A stretch of 64,000 nucleotides of DNA from Rhizophagus irregularis (lineage: Eukaryota): the NCBI RefSeq assembly GCF_026210795.1, contig NC_089431.1, positions 3,782,001 through 3,846,000 of the forward strand, read 5' to 3'. The notes under the pieces were generated by a model, which worked only from the letters and a program-made list of their open reading frames with translations, did not search any database and was not told where the DNA came from. Below are positions 1 to 12,227 of this stretch, in pieces. A program made the translations under genes and the position numbers. Position 1 is the stretch's first letter. Every line of letters starts with the position of its first letter.

Positions 1-162
1 TTATCAATGGCATAACTAATTGAATTGGGAAGTTATTTTTGCAAATGGAGATAGAATTTATTATTAAAATTTTATCTAAATTAGTAAACAAAGACATAAT
101 GAATTTGTTTAACTTTAAATTTTTATTATTGCTATATAATATATATATAAGTTTTTCCAACT

Positions 163-197
163 TGAAAAGTGGCCGGATAATTCTGATCGCCCTCTGT
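163..197. mobile_element. Probable terminal inverted repeat of a Tc1/mariner-like element whose body lies left of the window
   Basis: Sequence ends ...ggataattctgatcgccctctg|ta (reverse: ta|cagagggcgatc...), a CAG-start/TA-target pattern; the partner end is not visible. Confidence 0.35.
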
Positions 198-1159
198 AAG
201 TAATAACTAATAAATAATTACATACATTTATGTTGGCTTATTGCAAATTTAATTTTTTCGTACATGATTTTATTTTATAAATTTATATAAAAAAAATTTT
301 TGCCAATTTCGTCATTTCAGCATGTTGAAAATAATTTTGTACAGTTATAATATTTTGTCAATTTCATCGGGATAGCAGTTTTGACAAGAATGGTCTATAG
401 CAGTAGGTGGGTTTATATTTAAAAGATGTTGAGCGGTATGGCGAGTAGTTAACTGTAATTGTTATTTGAATTGGTCTTGTATGGTCATAAATCTCTTATG
501 ACCTGGCAGGAATCACCACTTTGTTAACAGGTCTGTCTCAGACTCTGTCAACTATAACTAAACATTAGGGAGACAATAGCTATAACATAGTTTATATCAG
601 CAAGACATGCAAAAACACAATACACAAAAATATAACACAATCACAGTTCGTTTTTAATATAAGTTAATCTCTAACTTATACTATCTAAACTTAACACACT
701 TCGATCTAAGAATGAAAACCCAAAGATTCGTAAGTACGGATCTTTAATTTTTTTTTTATTTTTATTATTACAAATGGTTTACTAACCATTCTTTCTTTTT
801 TTTATAGGTTCAGATGGGCTTCCAAGAATTGGAAAAAGGAGAACTAAGGTTCATTATGAACCTTGGATTTTTTTTTAATATTATGAACGGCTCTATTTCT
901 ACCTTTGACTCAAGAAAAATCAAAAGATATTTATATAAAAATAAAATATAAGAAAAATAATATAACTAAAATAAATAAAATAAATATAATAAATAAAAGA
1001 AATAATATAAATAATAAAAATAATATAAATAATATAAATAACAAAAATAATAATTGTAACGTTAATCAGATCTACAAAATTATTTGATTACATAATAATT
1101 GATCTACTAATTAATCAACTGATTTTTGAGTTACGTGATTTTTACTCTTCATTATCACC

Positions 1160-1457
1160 AGTTTGACTGACCGTTTGACCAACCGTTTAACCAACCATTT
1201 AACCGATTATTTAGCCAAATATATTCACTTAACACTTTTTTTACGAACTTAATTAATAAAAAAAGTTAATTAACATTTTTTTTTGATTAAATTATACTTT
1301 TAAACATTTTTTCTTTGTTAAAATAATAAAAAAGTGATCAGTTAAATGGTCGGTTAAACAGTCAGAAAAATGGTCAGCCAAAATGGTCAGTCGGTCAAAG
1401 GCCTTAACCGGTTATGACCAACTGCTAACTGACCATGACTGACTGTTGCCATTCCTA
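1160..1457 (-). mobile_element. Truncated hAT-type MITE, inverted copy of the family at 34313-34717
   Basis: Reverse complement reads taggaatggcaacagtcagtcatggtcagttag...ggcctttgaccgactgacc, which aligns to 34313 onward; subterminal (t)gaccg repeats. Confidence 0.7.
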
Positions 1458-1559
1458 TTTACAACACACTGAATACAAGCAATATAATTATTTTTATTAA
1501 TAATTTAAGATCATACATAAAATGCAGTACATAGCTAACTGTGTAAGAAAATACCAAAG

Positions 1560-2960
1560 ACTTTACCTCATTATAAGAGATAAATACTATATCTTGTTAT
1601 TTTTTAACCAACTGATTATGATTAGGTGAACCAGGATTTCCTTGCATATAGACAATTCAAAAGTCTGGTACAATAGTAGTACAACTGGTAAACCATTTTT
1701 GAAAATATTAAATTTGCCATTTATAAGCATAACTGCATGCTGAGTTGCTGACCACCAAATACTGTATCCAGATATATTTCTATTTGATTTTTTAAATCAT
1801 GGCCATCTTTATAATAGCATTTAAAGGCTTTTGAAATATTTGCGAATCCTTTGTTATATTATATGAAAGAGCTGATGGATACTTGGATAAATATGTAACC
1901 AATTATGAAATCAAACTGAGGGTAACATTTATAATCACAAATTAAGAACTTTGAATGTTGTGAATTAGATGTGAGTTGGTCCTTATCAAGAAGGATGAAA
2001 TGCTCAAATTTTATATGCACATCAGTTGTAGGTTTTCCAGCCAAACCCATTGCCTATAGTAAAATATCACTATGTTTTAACATCTGTTAGAAAAGTATTT
2101 CCTCAAAATTATAAGCATTAAGTTATCCATTACTAAGAGACATAATACTCACATCTCTTAGTAATGGAAAATCCTTGTACACATCTAAGAGAGCATTCAG
2201 TGCAGCTGGGCATAGCGGTTTAAATAACATGAAATCATATATGTCTTTGAAATGATACACTAATCCGGTGTCTAAAAACTTCCAGTCAAAACTTATATTC
2301 TGTTCAACATATAATGACTTTAAACATTGCAAGAAATCATTTCGAAACACTTGATATTGGTAAAAAAAATTGATTACTATAAAAACCTTTCAGTTATATT
2401 TTTAAAGTTCACTATGTTGATTTCCACAGAAGTGTTCCAGAAGTTCATCAACTTTGTTATCAGAAATATTGGAAATACTGTTTAAATGTTTAATATGTTT
2501 ATGAAAATAGATGAGCTCATGAGGAATGCAATTAGTGATTTCCTTCACTTTTGATGCAATTCTTTCATTCCCAAAATGGGGTGAAGTTTCAACAGATTAT
2601 CAAAAATATCTTCTGGCAATGGCCCAATAAATTCAACCCAATCATTCATACCATTTATTAGGTATTTCTTTTCAAATTTCACATGTGCTGTACCTAAGGT
2701 TGCTTGCCAAAACCTCTCCAAAATCCTGCGATAAATTTCAGCAAGATTTTACTATATGTTTACTATAGTTTTGGCAGGGTTTCGGCAGTTTCGGCAAATG
2801 GGTTTCGGCATTTTGGCAAATTTTCGGCAGGATTTTTAATATGATTTAATATAGTTTCAGCATTTTCCGTATAAGTTTCGGCAGTTATTAAGAAGGTTTC
2901 GGCAAGCAACCTTAGCTGTACCATTGTAAATCATAACTTGATTTATTAAAAACAAATAAG
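1560..2960 (-). pseudogene. Fragmented coding relic, possibly Crinkler-family (NTPase/REase-type)
   Basis: Minus-strand fragments GTAHVKFEKK, TNCIPHELIYF, FDWKFLDTGLVY, FKPLCPAALNALL and YPQFDFIIGYIFIQVSISSF, broken by stops and a MITE. The family call is from recall only. Confidence 0.45.
2695..2914. mobile_element. 220-bp hAT-type MITE
   Basis: TIRs taaggttgcttgcc / ggcaagcaacctta; 8-bp TSD gctgtacc at 2687-2694 and 2915-2922; internal ttcggca repeats. Confidence 0.9.
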
Positions 2961-3199
2961 TCCTGTATGACTTTTATTTTTATTAATTCCATACTTGGTT
3001 TCTGCGGATTACATATTCCCTCTTCAACAAATTGTGACCCCACAATTTATTTTAAATAAATTAATGAAAATGCTATTATCTATTATCTATCTAATCTATC
3101 TATATCTATACTTCTATATACTCCAATAAGAATCGAATTCAGGTATTAATCCCATGTAATATCACTTGACTTGCTACATTTTGTCAGTTATTCTTCTAC

Positions 3200-6100
3200 T
3201 GCGGCTTCAATTTATCACCTGATCTACTGTGTTTTTCTCACACAATTTTATGTAAGTAGAAGATTTAGATCTTCCCTTTCATATATTCTGCTATACCTTT
3301 TTGTACCACTTTATACTCTCCAAAATTTCTTTATTTGGTAATAATCTACTTCCTTTCTTAATTTAGTAATTCTAATTAATTATTTTGATTTGAAATTTCA
3401 ACTTCCCCTTATAATAGGTATATGATTTTTCTGATATTATCCTCAAACTATTTTTTTAAGTCATTAATTTTCCATTTCTGAATTTCTATTAGTTTATTTC
3501 TGTGCTTTTGTTGATCTTTTTATTGATCATCTTATTTCAACATTTTTGTCGATCATCCATTAATTAATTACTACAACTTTCTAGTGACTTGGATTTTTGT
3601 CTTATATAAAATTTTGATGGTTTTGTCTGCTTTTTAAATTTTCTTTCCAAAAATTGTTGTATTCTTCTTTGTTATTTTCTTTGTACTATTCTCTTCTTAT
3701 AATTTCTTCAGTTATTTTCTACTGCAATTTCTTTTTATTAGAATTTTCTACATATTTTTTTTCTCATGATCTAGCTGTTATCATATGTTTATCATATGTT
3801 TATCATATGTTTATTATGTATTCATTATGTGTTTATCATGTGATTTTCCAAATTTAGTATGCAATTATTTTAAGATTATCATGTGATATCTTCATAATTA
3901 TCACTATGATATTTTACAATCATCACTTTATTCCCTTGCAATTATCATTTTATCTGAAAATTTCTATGATATTTTTGTGCCAGATTTCTCTTAGGTCTTT
4001 CTCCAAAATTTCCATAAATTATTTTTGAGTCATATGATTTTTCATCATGTAATCTCAATTCATGATTATATCTATAAACCATTAATTTTTGATTAATGTG
4101 GCAATTTTTCATCATAAGAAAAATGCTAAAAGAATTAAAATTATTATTATCCTAAGGGTAAAATTTTTATGAAATAAAATTTTCTTTGGAAAATTTTTTT
4201 TATTTTAGACTTGGTCAAAATTCAACCCTTTTTATAAGTTTTTCTAACCATTGATCTTGTGATTTTAACCATTCTTTTCTTAATTCTAAATATTTTTTTG
4301 ACTTATTCTATTTATTTTGCAATAATTTTCCAATATTTATCAATTCTTTAATTGTTGTTGTAATTGTCTTTTCATCCTTCTGTTGTTTTAGTTCATTTCT
4401 CAATTGGATTATTTTATTAATATTTTATCAAATCTTTGAATTATTTCTGTTCTGTTTTCATGATTATTCTAATATTTCAGCTTAATTCAAATTTTATCTT
4501 TTTTATAATTATTAATTCTCATTCAATCCATTATCTCCTTTTTATATTGCTTTTACTTCATTTATTACATACTGTCTTTCTTCTTCATTCAATCTGGAAA
4601 TGCATGATCATATAAAATCTTTGATTCTTATAATTCTTTTTCTTTCTCCAATTTTACTAAACATTTCATAAACTTTAATTGCTTGTCCTGTTTTTCTTCT
4701 TATTGTTAAATAACTGTATTCTGGCATTCTTTTCCATATTTTCTTGTTTACTTTTTCAGCAACTTCTAATTCATTTCTATCCCTATACAGTATACAATTC
4801 TTCTCTTTCCTTGATTACCATTTTTGCAAATTGATATCCATTTATTATTTGTTTTAGTTTATTACATTCCATTTTCCTGAATAATTTTATTATACCTTCA
4901 GATCTTTCATCAATTCCTTCTTCTAGTATATTAGATCCTTCAGTTACCAATTCCTTAATTAAATTGTTTAATTTTTCCTTATCCTTAATTTTTCTTTCCT
5001 GATAAATGTAACTATTTATGATTTTGTCAACAATCTTCTCTAAAGATATGTAATATGTAATTATTTTTAAAAGGTTGTGAGGTTGCATCTATTACAACAT
5101 ACATACAACACTTTTGTTGTAATTTCAACACAATATTATAATTGTTATATAGTATTATAATTACTACTAGTATTGTAATTATTATAGTATTGTAATTATT
5201 TCCAATTATATAAATATGTATTATAATATATTAATCATTTCTTTTTATGATGATATTTGTTCTATAAAAACTTATTTTTGTAATTTTTATTTTTCAAAAA
5301 GGAAATTTTTGAACAATCATAAGTGTTGTAATACAACACTTTAACTTTAAAAGTAGTAATAGGTTGCAACCTTTACTATTACAACACAAGGTAGTAATTA
5401 TCAATTACATACTACATCTTTAATTATTCTTTTCTTTCCCATCACCATTTTCAAAATTAATTCTTAAGTCTTGGTTTTCATCTGTTTGCATTACTTCATT
5501 ATTGATATTATCATTTGTTTCCATTATATCTTCATTATTCTGATTTTTATCAGTATTTTCAATATTGGCATTATTGTCATTAATCTCTTGATTTTCATTA
5601 TCTCTTTTACTATTATCATAATAATTATTCTCCCAATTTTCAATATTTTTGGTATCATTACTCTTTATATCGGCATCATTTTCTTGATTTTTGATATTTT
5701 CAGTATTATCATTTGCTTCCATTATCATATTTTTATTACTTATGATATTTTGATTTTCTTTATTGATATTTTCAGTATCAGCATTATTGTTCCTTATGTT
5801 GATATCACTATTCCTTTGGCTCATGGTATCTCCAATATTATTATTTTCATTATTATCATTACAGTAATTATTTTTCCAATTTTTAATATCATCATTATAT
5901 TCATCATTCTTTTGTTCTTCAACATTTTCAATATTGTTACCTTCATTATTTTCCATAACAACATCATTGTCATCCCTAGTATTACCATTATTGTGATTTT
6001 TAGCATTTTCATCATTATCTTCAATACTTGTTTCAGACATTTCCCTTTCAAATTTTTCTTTGTAATTCTCATATGTCATATCTGTCATAAAATTTTGTAA

Positions 6101-7960
6101 TTCCCTAACTATCTTTTCATGTCTTTACTTGTTTTTCTGTTTTCAATTCTATCTCCTGTGTTATTACTATTGTTTCATTTTCTTTAATATTTATTTTTAT
6201 TATTATTTCATTTTCTTTACTAGATTCCAAATTATTTATTATTATTATTATATTATTATTCTTATAATATTTTTGGTATTTTTGTTAATTTATGTGTAAA
6301 TTTCAAAATAGTTTTTAGAAAATTCTTCAAATCATCATTTTCATTTTTCAAATGTCAGATCAAAGTCTGGCACCCTCCTATATTTATGTTATTTTCCTAA
6401 TTGTATAACTTGTTGATCTTTCCTTTTATTCAAGTTTATTTAAAACTTCTACTGTTTTTTTCAAAATTTTCCACTGTCCAAGTTTTCAAAGATTCTTTAT
6501 TAAAAAATTTCAAAATCTCCACCAATTTTCAACTTTTATCTCAAAATTTTCCTATTACTCAATTTTCAATTTCATAATTTTATTTGTTACTTTTGATTCC
6601 ATTATTTTGCTTTTTACTTTTGATCTCATTATCTTTTTCTGGTATTTTTCACTATTTGCCTTAATTAGATTGATTTTAATGAATTCCCTTTTTTAATCCT
6701 GTTAGTCTTTTATTCGTATAATAGCAACGTATTTCTTCATAATCTCCTTTGTATTCACTTATATTATATGGATAATGTTTTCTATATTCTTTAAATTCTT
6801 TGATCTTTGGTATTTTCATCATAAAATTTTATTTTTAATAGCAACATAATCGTCTCCTATGTATAACTTATTACCTTACATATTCTTTTGATCTTGGTCC
6901 CAATTTTTATTATTAATATTTATGTTCATTTCATTATCTAAACATTCTTTGGTATAATGAACCTTTTCATCACAATTCTTACATTTATTATTTTTCCTTT
7001 CAATAATTTAATTTCCACTTGACAGTTTTTTGCGTAATAACCCATTTTATTGCACCTGTAACATATCATTTGGTCTCTTTCTATTTTGTCACTTATATAT
7101 TCTTTAGTAAAATGTCCTTTTCCTCCACAATTTTCACATGTATTGTCTCTTCTTTTGATAGCATTCCTTCCTTCCACTTTGCATCTGGTTGAATAATGTC
7201 CTTCAATAACATATTACTCGATCTATGGGATTTTTCTTTATAATAATTTTTATTGACCACATCTTTGCATTGATCTTTTAATTCCTCCCAATCTTAATTA
7301 ATTCAATTGCAATATTTCCCAAATATTTGTCTAAATTTCTTATTGATTCCTGCATTTTAATTTATCCTAACAATTTATTTTATCTCAACCAAAATCCTAT
7401 CCTTTTTATGTATTTTTATCTTTATTTTTATGGTTATCACCCAGTTTCATGAATGTTTAGAGGAGGTCGTACTAATACCTTTTTTAAAAGTGGTATTAAA
7501 TTGACCAACTTATCGTAGCTTTAGACAGTGATAACTTTTAATTTTAAGTATCCTTCAATTTTGATTTCAAATTTTATTATTATTATCCATGATTTTGATC
7601 ATCCTTTGATTATTTCATCTAATTTTAATTCTGCAAAATTTTCTACTAATTGATTTATTCTGTAATCTTGTTTTTCAACTAATATTCCATTTAATTTTTC
7701 TTTTACATATTCATTAGCATTTTCCTTTATTTTCTGATACTTTTTCCAAAAGTCTGTTTTCAATATATGTTCTATAAATCCCATATTTATTACCTTAATT
7801 ATATCGTCTTCTGTTATCCAAACATTCTGTTTACTCAGTATTTTCCTTATTCTTTTCATTGCTTTTTCCTTTACTTTACTTTCATCATCTTATCATCTCC
7901 AATTTATAATTGTTTGGGTTTTTAGTTGATATCGTAAATTGCACTTTCAAATTTCTGTAG
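3200..7960 (-). mobile_element. Degenerate retroelement-like relic with tandem CCHC zinc knuckles and an Asn/Asp/Glu-rich ORF
   Basis: CENCGGKGHFTKEY, CYRCNKMGYYAKNC and a third frameshifted C..CDEKVHYTKEC at about 6940-7220; strong strand-biased composition; many stops; Asn-rich ORF 5420-6088. Boundaries approximate; no RT motif recognised. Confidence 0.5.
3776..3842. repeat. 11-bp tandem repeat (tgtttatcata), about 6 degenerating units
   Basis: Read directly from the sequence. Confidence 0.7.
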
Positions 7961-7986
7961 ATATTCATTTCGTTAATTGTTATCGG

Positions 7987-8597
7987 ACTTATAGACCATC
8001 ATTTGGTGACGCTGATCTTATTTTATGAGGGAAAAATGGACATTGTATAAAAGATAGTTATGAAAAACAAATCAGATGACCTTCTTCAGGTATGATTAAT
8101 TAATTATCTTTATATGTAAATGATTAAAACTTTTTTTATTATTTAATTTCTTTATAATTTTTATAGAATCTGTCCTACATTTTTACTATAAATGTGATTA
8201 TTGTAACCATATTATCCGTGGAATAAGATGGAAGTGTACAACCTGTATGAATTTTGATTTATGTCAAGATTGTAAACCCAAATCATATGTTCATGATCAT
8301 CCAAATGACCATGCGTTTCAACCCATTACGTATTCACATTTATTTCCAGACCTTTATTCTATTCTGGTATGTTGTTATCAAATTTTTTGAATTATAGCGT
8401 TCAATTATTCAAAATTGTACTTTATTAATACCATTTTTCGTCATCATTATAATATAAATTAGTCAATAAAAAAAGCTATTTGTGACTATTATAAATTAAA
8501 CTATAGTGGTAGTAAATGCTATAAGTGTGCCAATGGTGAATTTTCTGTGGAAGAATACGAGATATTTCAAATTACAAATACTAAAATATCACTTTGA
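7987..8597 (+). pseudogene. 5'-truncated BTB-TLDc-ZZ paralog (TLDc end, one ZZ exon, terminal exon)
   Basis: TYRPSFGDADLIL*GKNGHCIKDSYEKQIR*PSS; intron 8090-8166; ZZ exon 8167-8366; last exon 8463-8597 ending GEFSVEEYEIFQITNTKISL*; in-frame stops and Cys>Tyr changes. Confidence 0.85.
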
Positions 8598-8880
8598 ATT
8601 GTTCTGTGAGAAAATATTAGATGAGAATATTCCTTTACAATTTGGATTGGAAAATTATAAAAATTAAAGAAAAATATATAACGACTTTACTAAATCACAC
8701 CACTGCTGACGTTCAAGCGTTTTCTCAAAAGCTATGGTCTAAACTAAACAAGTTATACTAATTAAAATTCAGCACTCTCGAAAATGGTCAGAAAAAAAGA
8801 TTTAATTAGTTTTTATATCATATATTGCAAATATTGTAAATAAAAAAAAATTCAAAACGTTATAATATATATGTTAAGTA

Positions 8881-9454
8881 CACAGTGAAATCCGATATAA
8901 CGGAACCCCAATAAACCAGAACTGGCCTTATACCGGAACTTTTTTCCGGAACCAAATCACATATATTAAAATAAGTTTGATATAACGGAATTTATTAGTA
9001 AAATCTCGATAATAGCTATAACGGAACAAATAACAGAACGGTTATAATAAAAATGGTTCGATATACCGGAACACGTGACGATTCACAATTTTAAACCAAT
9101 AAAATTACAGTATTTTCACGTGATACAGATAATCTCATTTTTTTTGAGCAACATGATAATTTTTTTTTATAAAAAATTATTTCGGATAGTAAGAAAAAGC
9201 AAAATTTTTTTAAGTTTTGGTAAATTTCAGTGTATAAAATTTCTCAAATAATGTTTTAAATAAAAATAATCTAAATTTTCAATGTTCGTCGCACATGTCG
9301 CACAAATAAAAACTTGATATAACGGAATTTCATGTGATTTATATATAAAATCCGGTATATCGAAATTTTTTAAATTTTTTGATATATCGGAAGTCTCGAT
9401 ATACCGGATATTTTTACTGGAACGGATGGTTCCGTTATATCGAATTTCACTGTG
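8881..9454. mobile_element. pogo/Tc1-type MITE
   Basis: TIRs cacagtgaaatccgatataacggaacc / ggttccgttatatcgaatttcactgtg; TA on both flanks; internal gatata(a/c)cgga repeats. Confidence 0.9.
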
Positions 9455-11365
9455 TATATGCTACTGAATTAAATACTGTAAAGTGGAATATAATTATTAT
9501 ATTAATAGAAACAGCTTGGTTAATCTATTAATAATAGAATAAAAAGTTATAGTAACAAATAAAAATACGTGAATTATATAACTATGCCGTTGAGCGAACT
9601 AAAATGTTTAACTCTAGCGTTTGGAAAATGAATTATTCGGATCCAGTCAATAAAAACAATAATGATCAAATTTTATGTATTTTATTTGACGAAATAAATA
9701 AAAAAAAAAATGACTGATTGACAACAATTGTAATGAAGATTTGTAGTAAAATATAAATTATTTGTTTCGCATCATTTGTAGATATTGTATACTGAAAAAA
9801 AAATTAAACAGTTAACAAGCTTCTTTTTGTTAAAAAAATATTACCGTAATTATAATTTCTACAGATTTTAAAATTTTAAATAAAAATATAACGTTTGATT
9901 AAATCACATGATTGATTACATGTGATCAATTAAACGATCGAATTTTTGATCGATTTTCACTCAACCCGAATCATGACCAAATATGTTTTGGGTTAACTAG
10001 AATACTGTTTTGAGAGTAATTTATTTTTATAAATGGTAACTTTTTTTTTTTTGAAAGAACCAGAAAATTACTATTGATGAGGTAAATTCTTTAATAATAT
10101 GAAATATTTCACTTGCTGATATCCTTGGTTTCTCAAATCAGTTATAATATTAGCTCTTTATATGGTAAACTCTAAATTAATACACGACTTAGTATAATTT
10201 TCAATAGCAACATTATAATTACAGAATTAAAGAAGCATATTTAAACTATTCTTAGTAATCCCATAACTAAAATCATCAATTGAACAAATTCTCTTCAAGA
10301 AATGTTAATATTCGAAGAATTAACTAATTCTGCATGAAATATTGAAATACGTAATTATTTTTAATCAATGGTCATACAATTACTCCGGATACAGTAATAA
10401 CAGTATATTGACTAAGCTATCAGAATATTTCAATAAAGTTCATATATAAGGTTAAAGTTAGAAACGAATTTGTTGTTGGTTCGATAAGCAAAATTAGAAT
10501 CTTTATATGCACATCGTTCAAAAGGAAAAAAGGAAAATAAATAAAACTACATGCACACATATGAATAATGACCACAAATTTGCAAGCTATGGCTTTTTCA
10601 GTTTTTACGCAAATCGTTATAAATTAAGAGATGCTTTTTTTAAATTCTTTTAACTTAATTTTTACTTTACTGTATTTATTTTCTTTTCGCCTTTAATTTT
10701 AAAATATATAACTCTATCGCATTTTTTTTTCTTATCATCCATCCAAAATCATAAATTCTATTATTAATATTGATTTTATTGAATAAAAATATTTTACTGA
10801 AAATTTACCTTATCAATATGTTTTAAAAATCTCTACATGTATTTGGCATGAGTATAATAAAATATCTTTTTACCAAGAATTTTTGACAATAATTGAAGTT
10901 TCCTTATTTTGATGTTATAAAAAAAACGATTTTAATATTTGTTGCTGCACTTTCTAACTTCTTATTAGAAATTATTGTCCTATTTTAGGTGCGAAATTTT
11001 GCACATCGATAAATTTAAATTCCAATATATTTAATTAAAACTTTTAGACTAGTACTTCATTTATTTTTATATTAAAATGTATCTTTGTTCATTAATTCTC
11101 TTTTTGTCAATCTCATTATTCATTGAAAATCATTCCCACTCAAATAGGCGAAATGATCTTGTTGATAAAATCACCATCGATAAGCATCTACAAATTATTT
11201 TAGATAACGGACCTTAAATCGGACTCATTCTTTACAAATTTTCATTTTCCAGAGACCTTGAACGCTACACGCAATTCCGCAGTAATATATTATAGAAACA
11301 ATCATTTGGTGATCATAAAATAATATACCTGTAAAATAAAAAAATTTATACGAATTTATTAAACC

Positions 11366-11880
11366 AAGTCCGTAAAACTATATGGCACCATGCTTTGTTC
11401 TGTTTGTCATGTTTATAATTTTTCGTGATCGGCTACTTCGTTAATTATATTTCGCTCTTTTATTTATACCCACTTGTCACATCTTTTTGACCATATTTTT
11501 TGCTTTGCTCCTTTTACTAAATAATTTTGAAAATTACCTAATTTAATATAAAAAGATTACAAAAAAATACCTGACGTAAATTCTGGAATGTAGCCTATCT
11601 AACTAACTACCATGACGAAGACTAGTTAAAGATCAAGATGGAGAAAGATTATTAATGAAGATGAAGTTGAACCTTGTTTTGATTTGAAAAATATTATTAC
11701 TTCTAATTTAAACCTAGTAGCTTGATAATACAGTCAAAATATTCTATCTGTTTCCTCTTTACTCACGCCAGTACTATTAATAAGATTGGTGAATGCTCGT
11801 TATCATAATAAAAAAAAAAAATTTAATAAAATCGCCATTTATAAATTTATGGTTAAAACATTGTGTATAGATTATTACAG
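11366..11880 (+). repeat. About 500-bp dispersed direct repeat, second copy at about 25798-26250
   Basis: Shared blocks aagtccgtaaaactatatgg, gatcggc(t/c)acttcgttaatta and gatgaagttgaacctt...gatttgaaaaa. Confidence 0.8.
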
Positions 11881-12175
11881 TATCGAATCTTTTTAAGATT
11901 TTTTTCACAGACGGTCAGCCTGACGTCAAAGCAGTTTCTTGATCAGCGCTTAATTGTTGAGAATCGATTTTACCATTTGGTTTCAAATTCCTAGTTCTTT
12001 ACAAATTTTTTTTCTCCAAGAATCTTAGTTCATGTAAACCCGTAGACTGGCCGCAGTAATATAAAATCTAAAGATCATCAATTCATATAAATATATAAAT
12101 AAGGTTCCATTAACCAAAAATTTGTGAGACCGCCTAAGGCTGATTCTGCTTGTGTAACCCACTTGAGAAAAAAAA

Positions 12176-12187
12176 TATTTAAGGAAT
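12176..12187 (+). promoter_or_regulatory. Candidate TATA-like core promoter motif TATTTAAGGAAT
   Basis: Same 12-mer lies upstream of four paralog ATGs (12176, 18246, 43267 and minus-strand 28905-28916), preceded by a shared TT(T/C)GTGAnACC block. Confidence 0.45.
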
Positions 12188-12227
12188 AAGGGTGGAAATT
12201 CATTTTTTTTTTAGGAAAAAATTAATT

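Noticed and set aside
905..1087. 60-aa Asn/Lys/Ile ORF
   Set aside because: Translation of an (aat/aaat) low-complexity tract
5471..6100. 209-aa Ile/Phe-rich ORF resembling a membrane protein
   Set aside because: Antisense shadow of the Asn/Asp/Glu-rich minus-strand ORF
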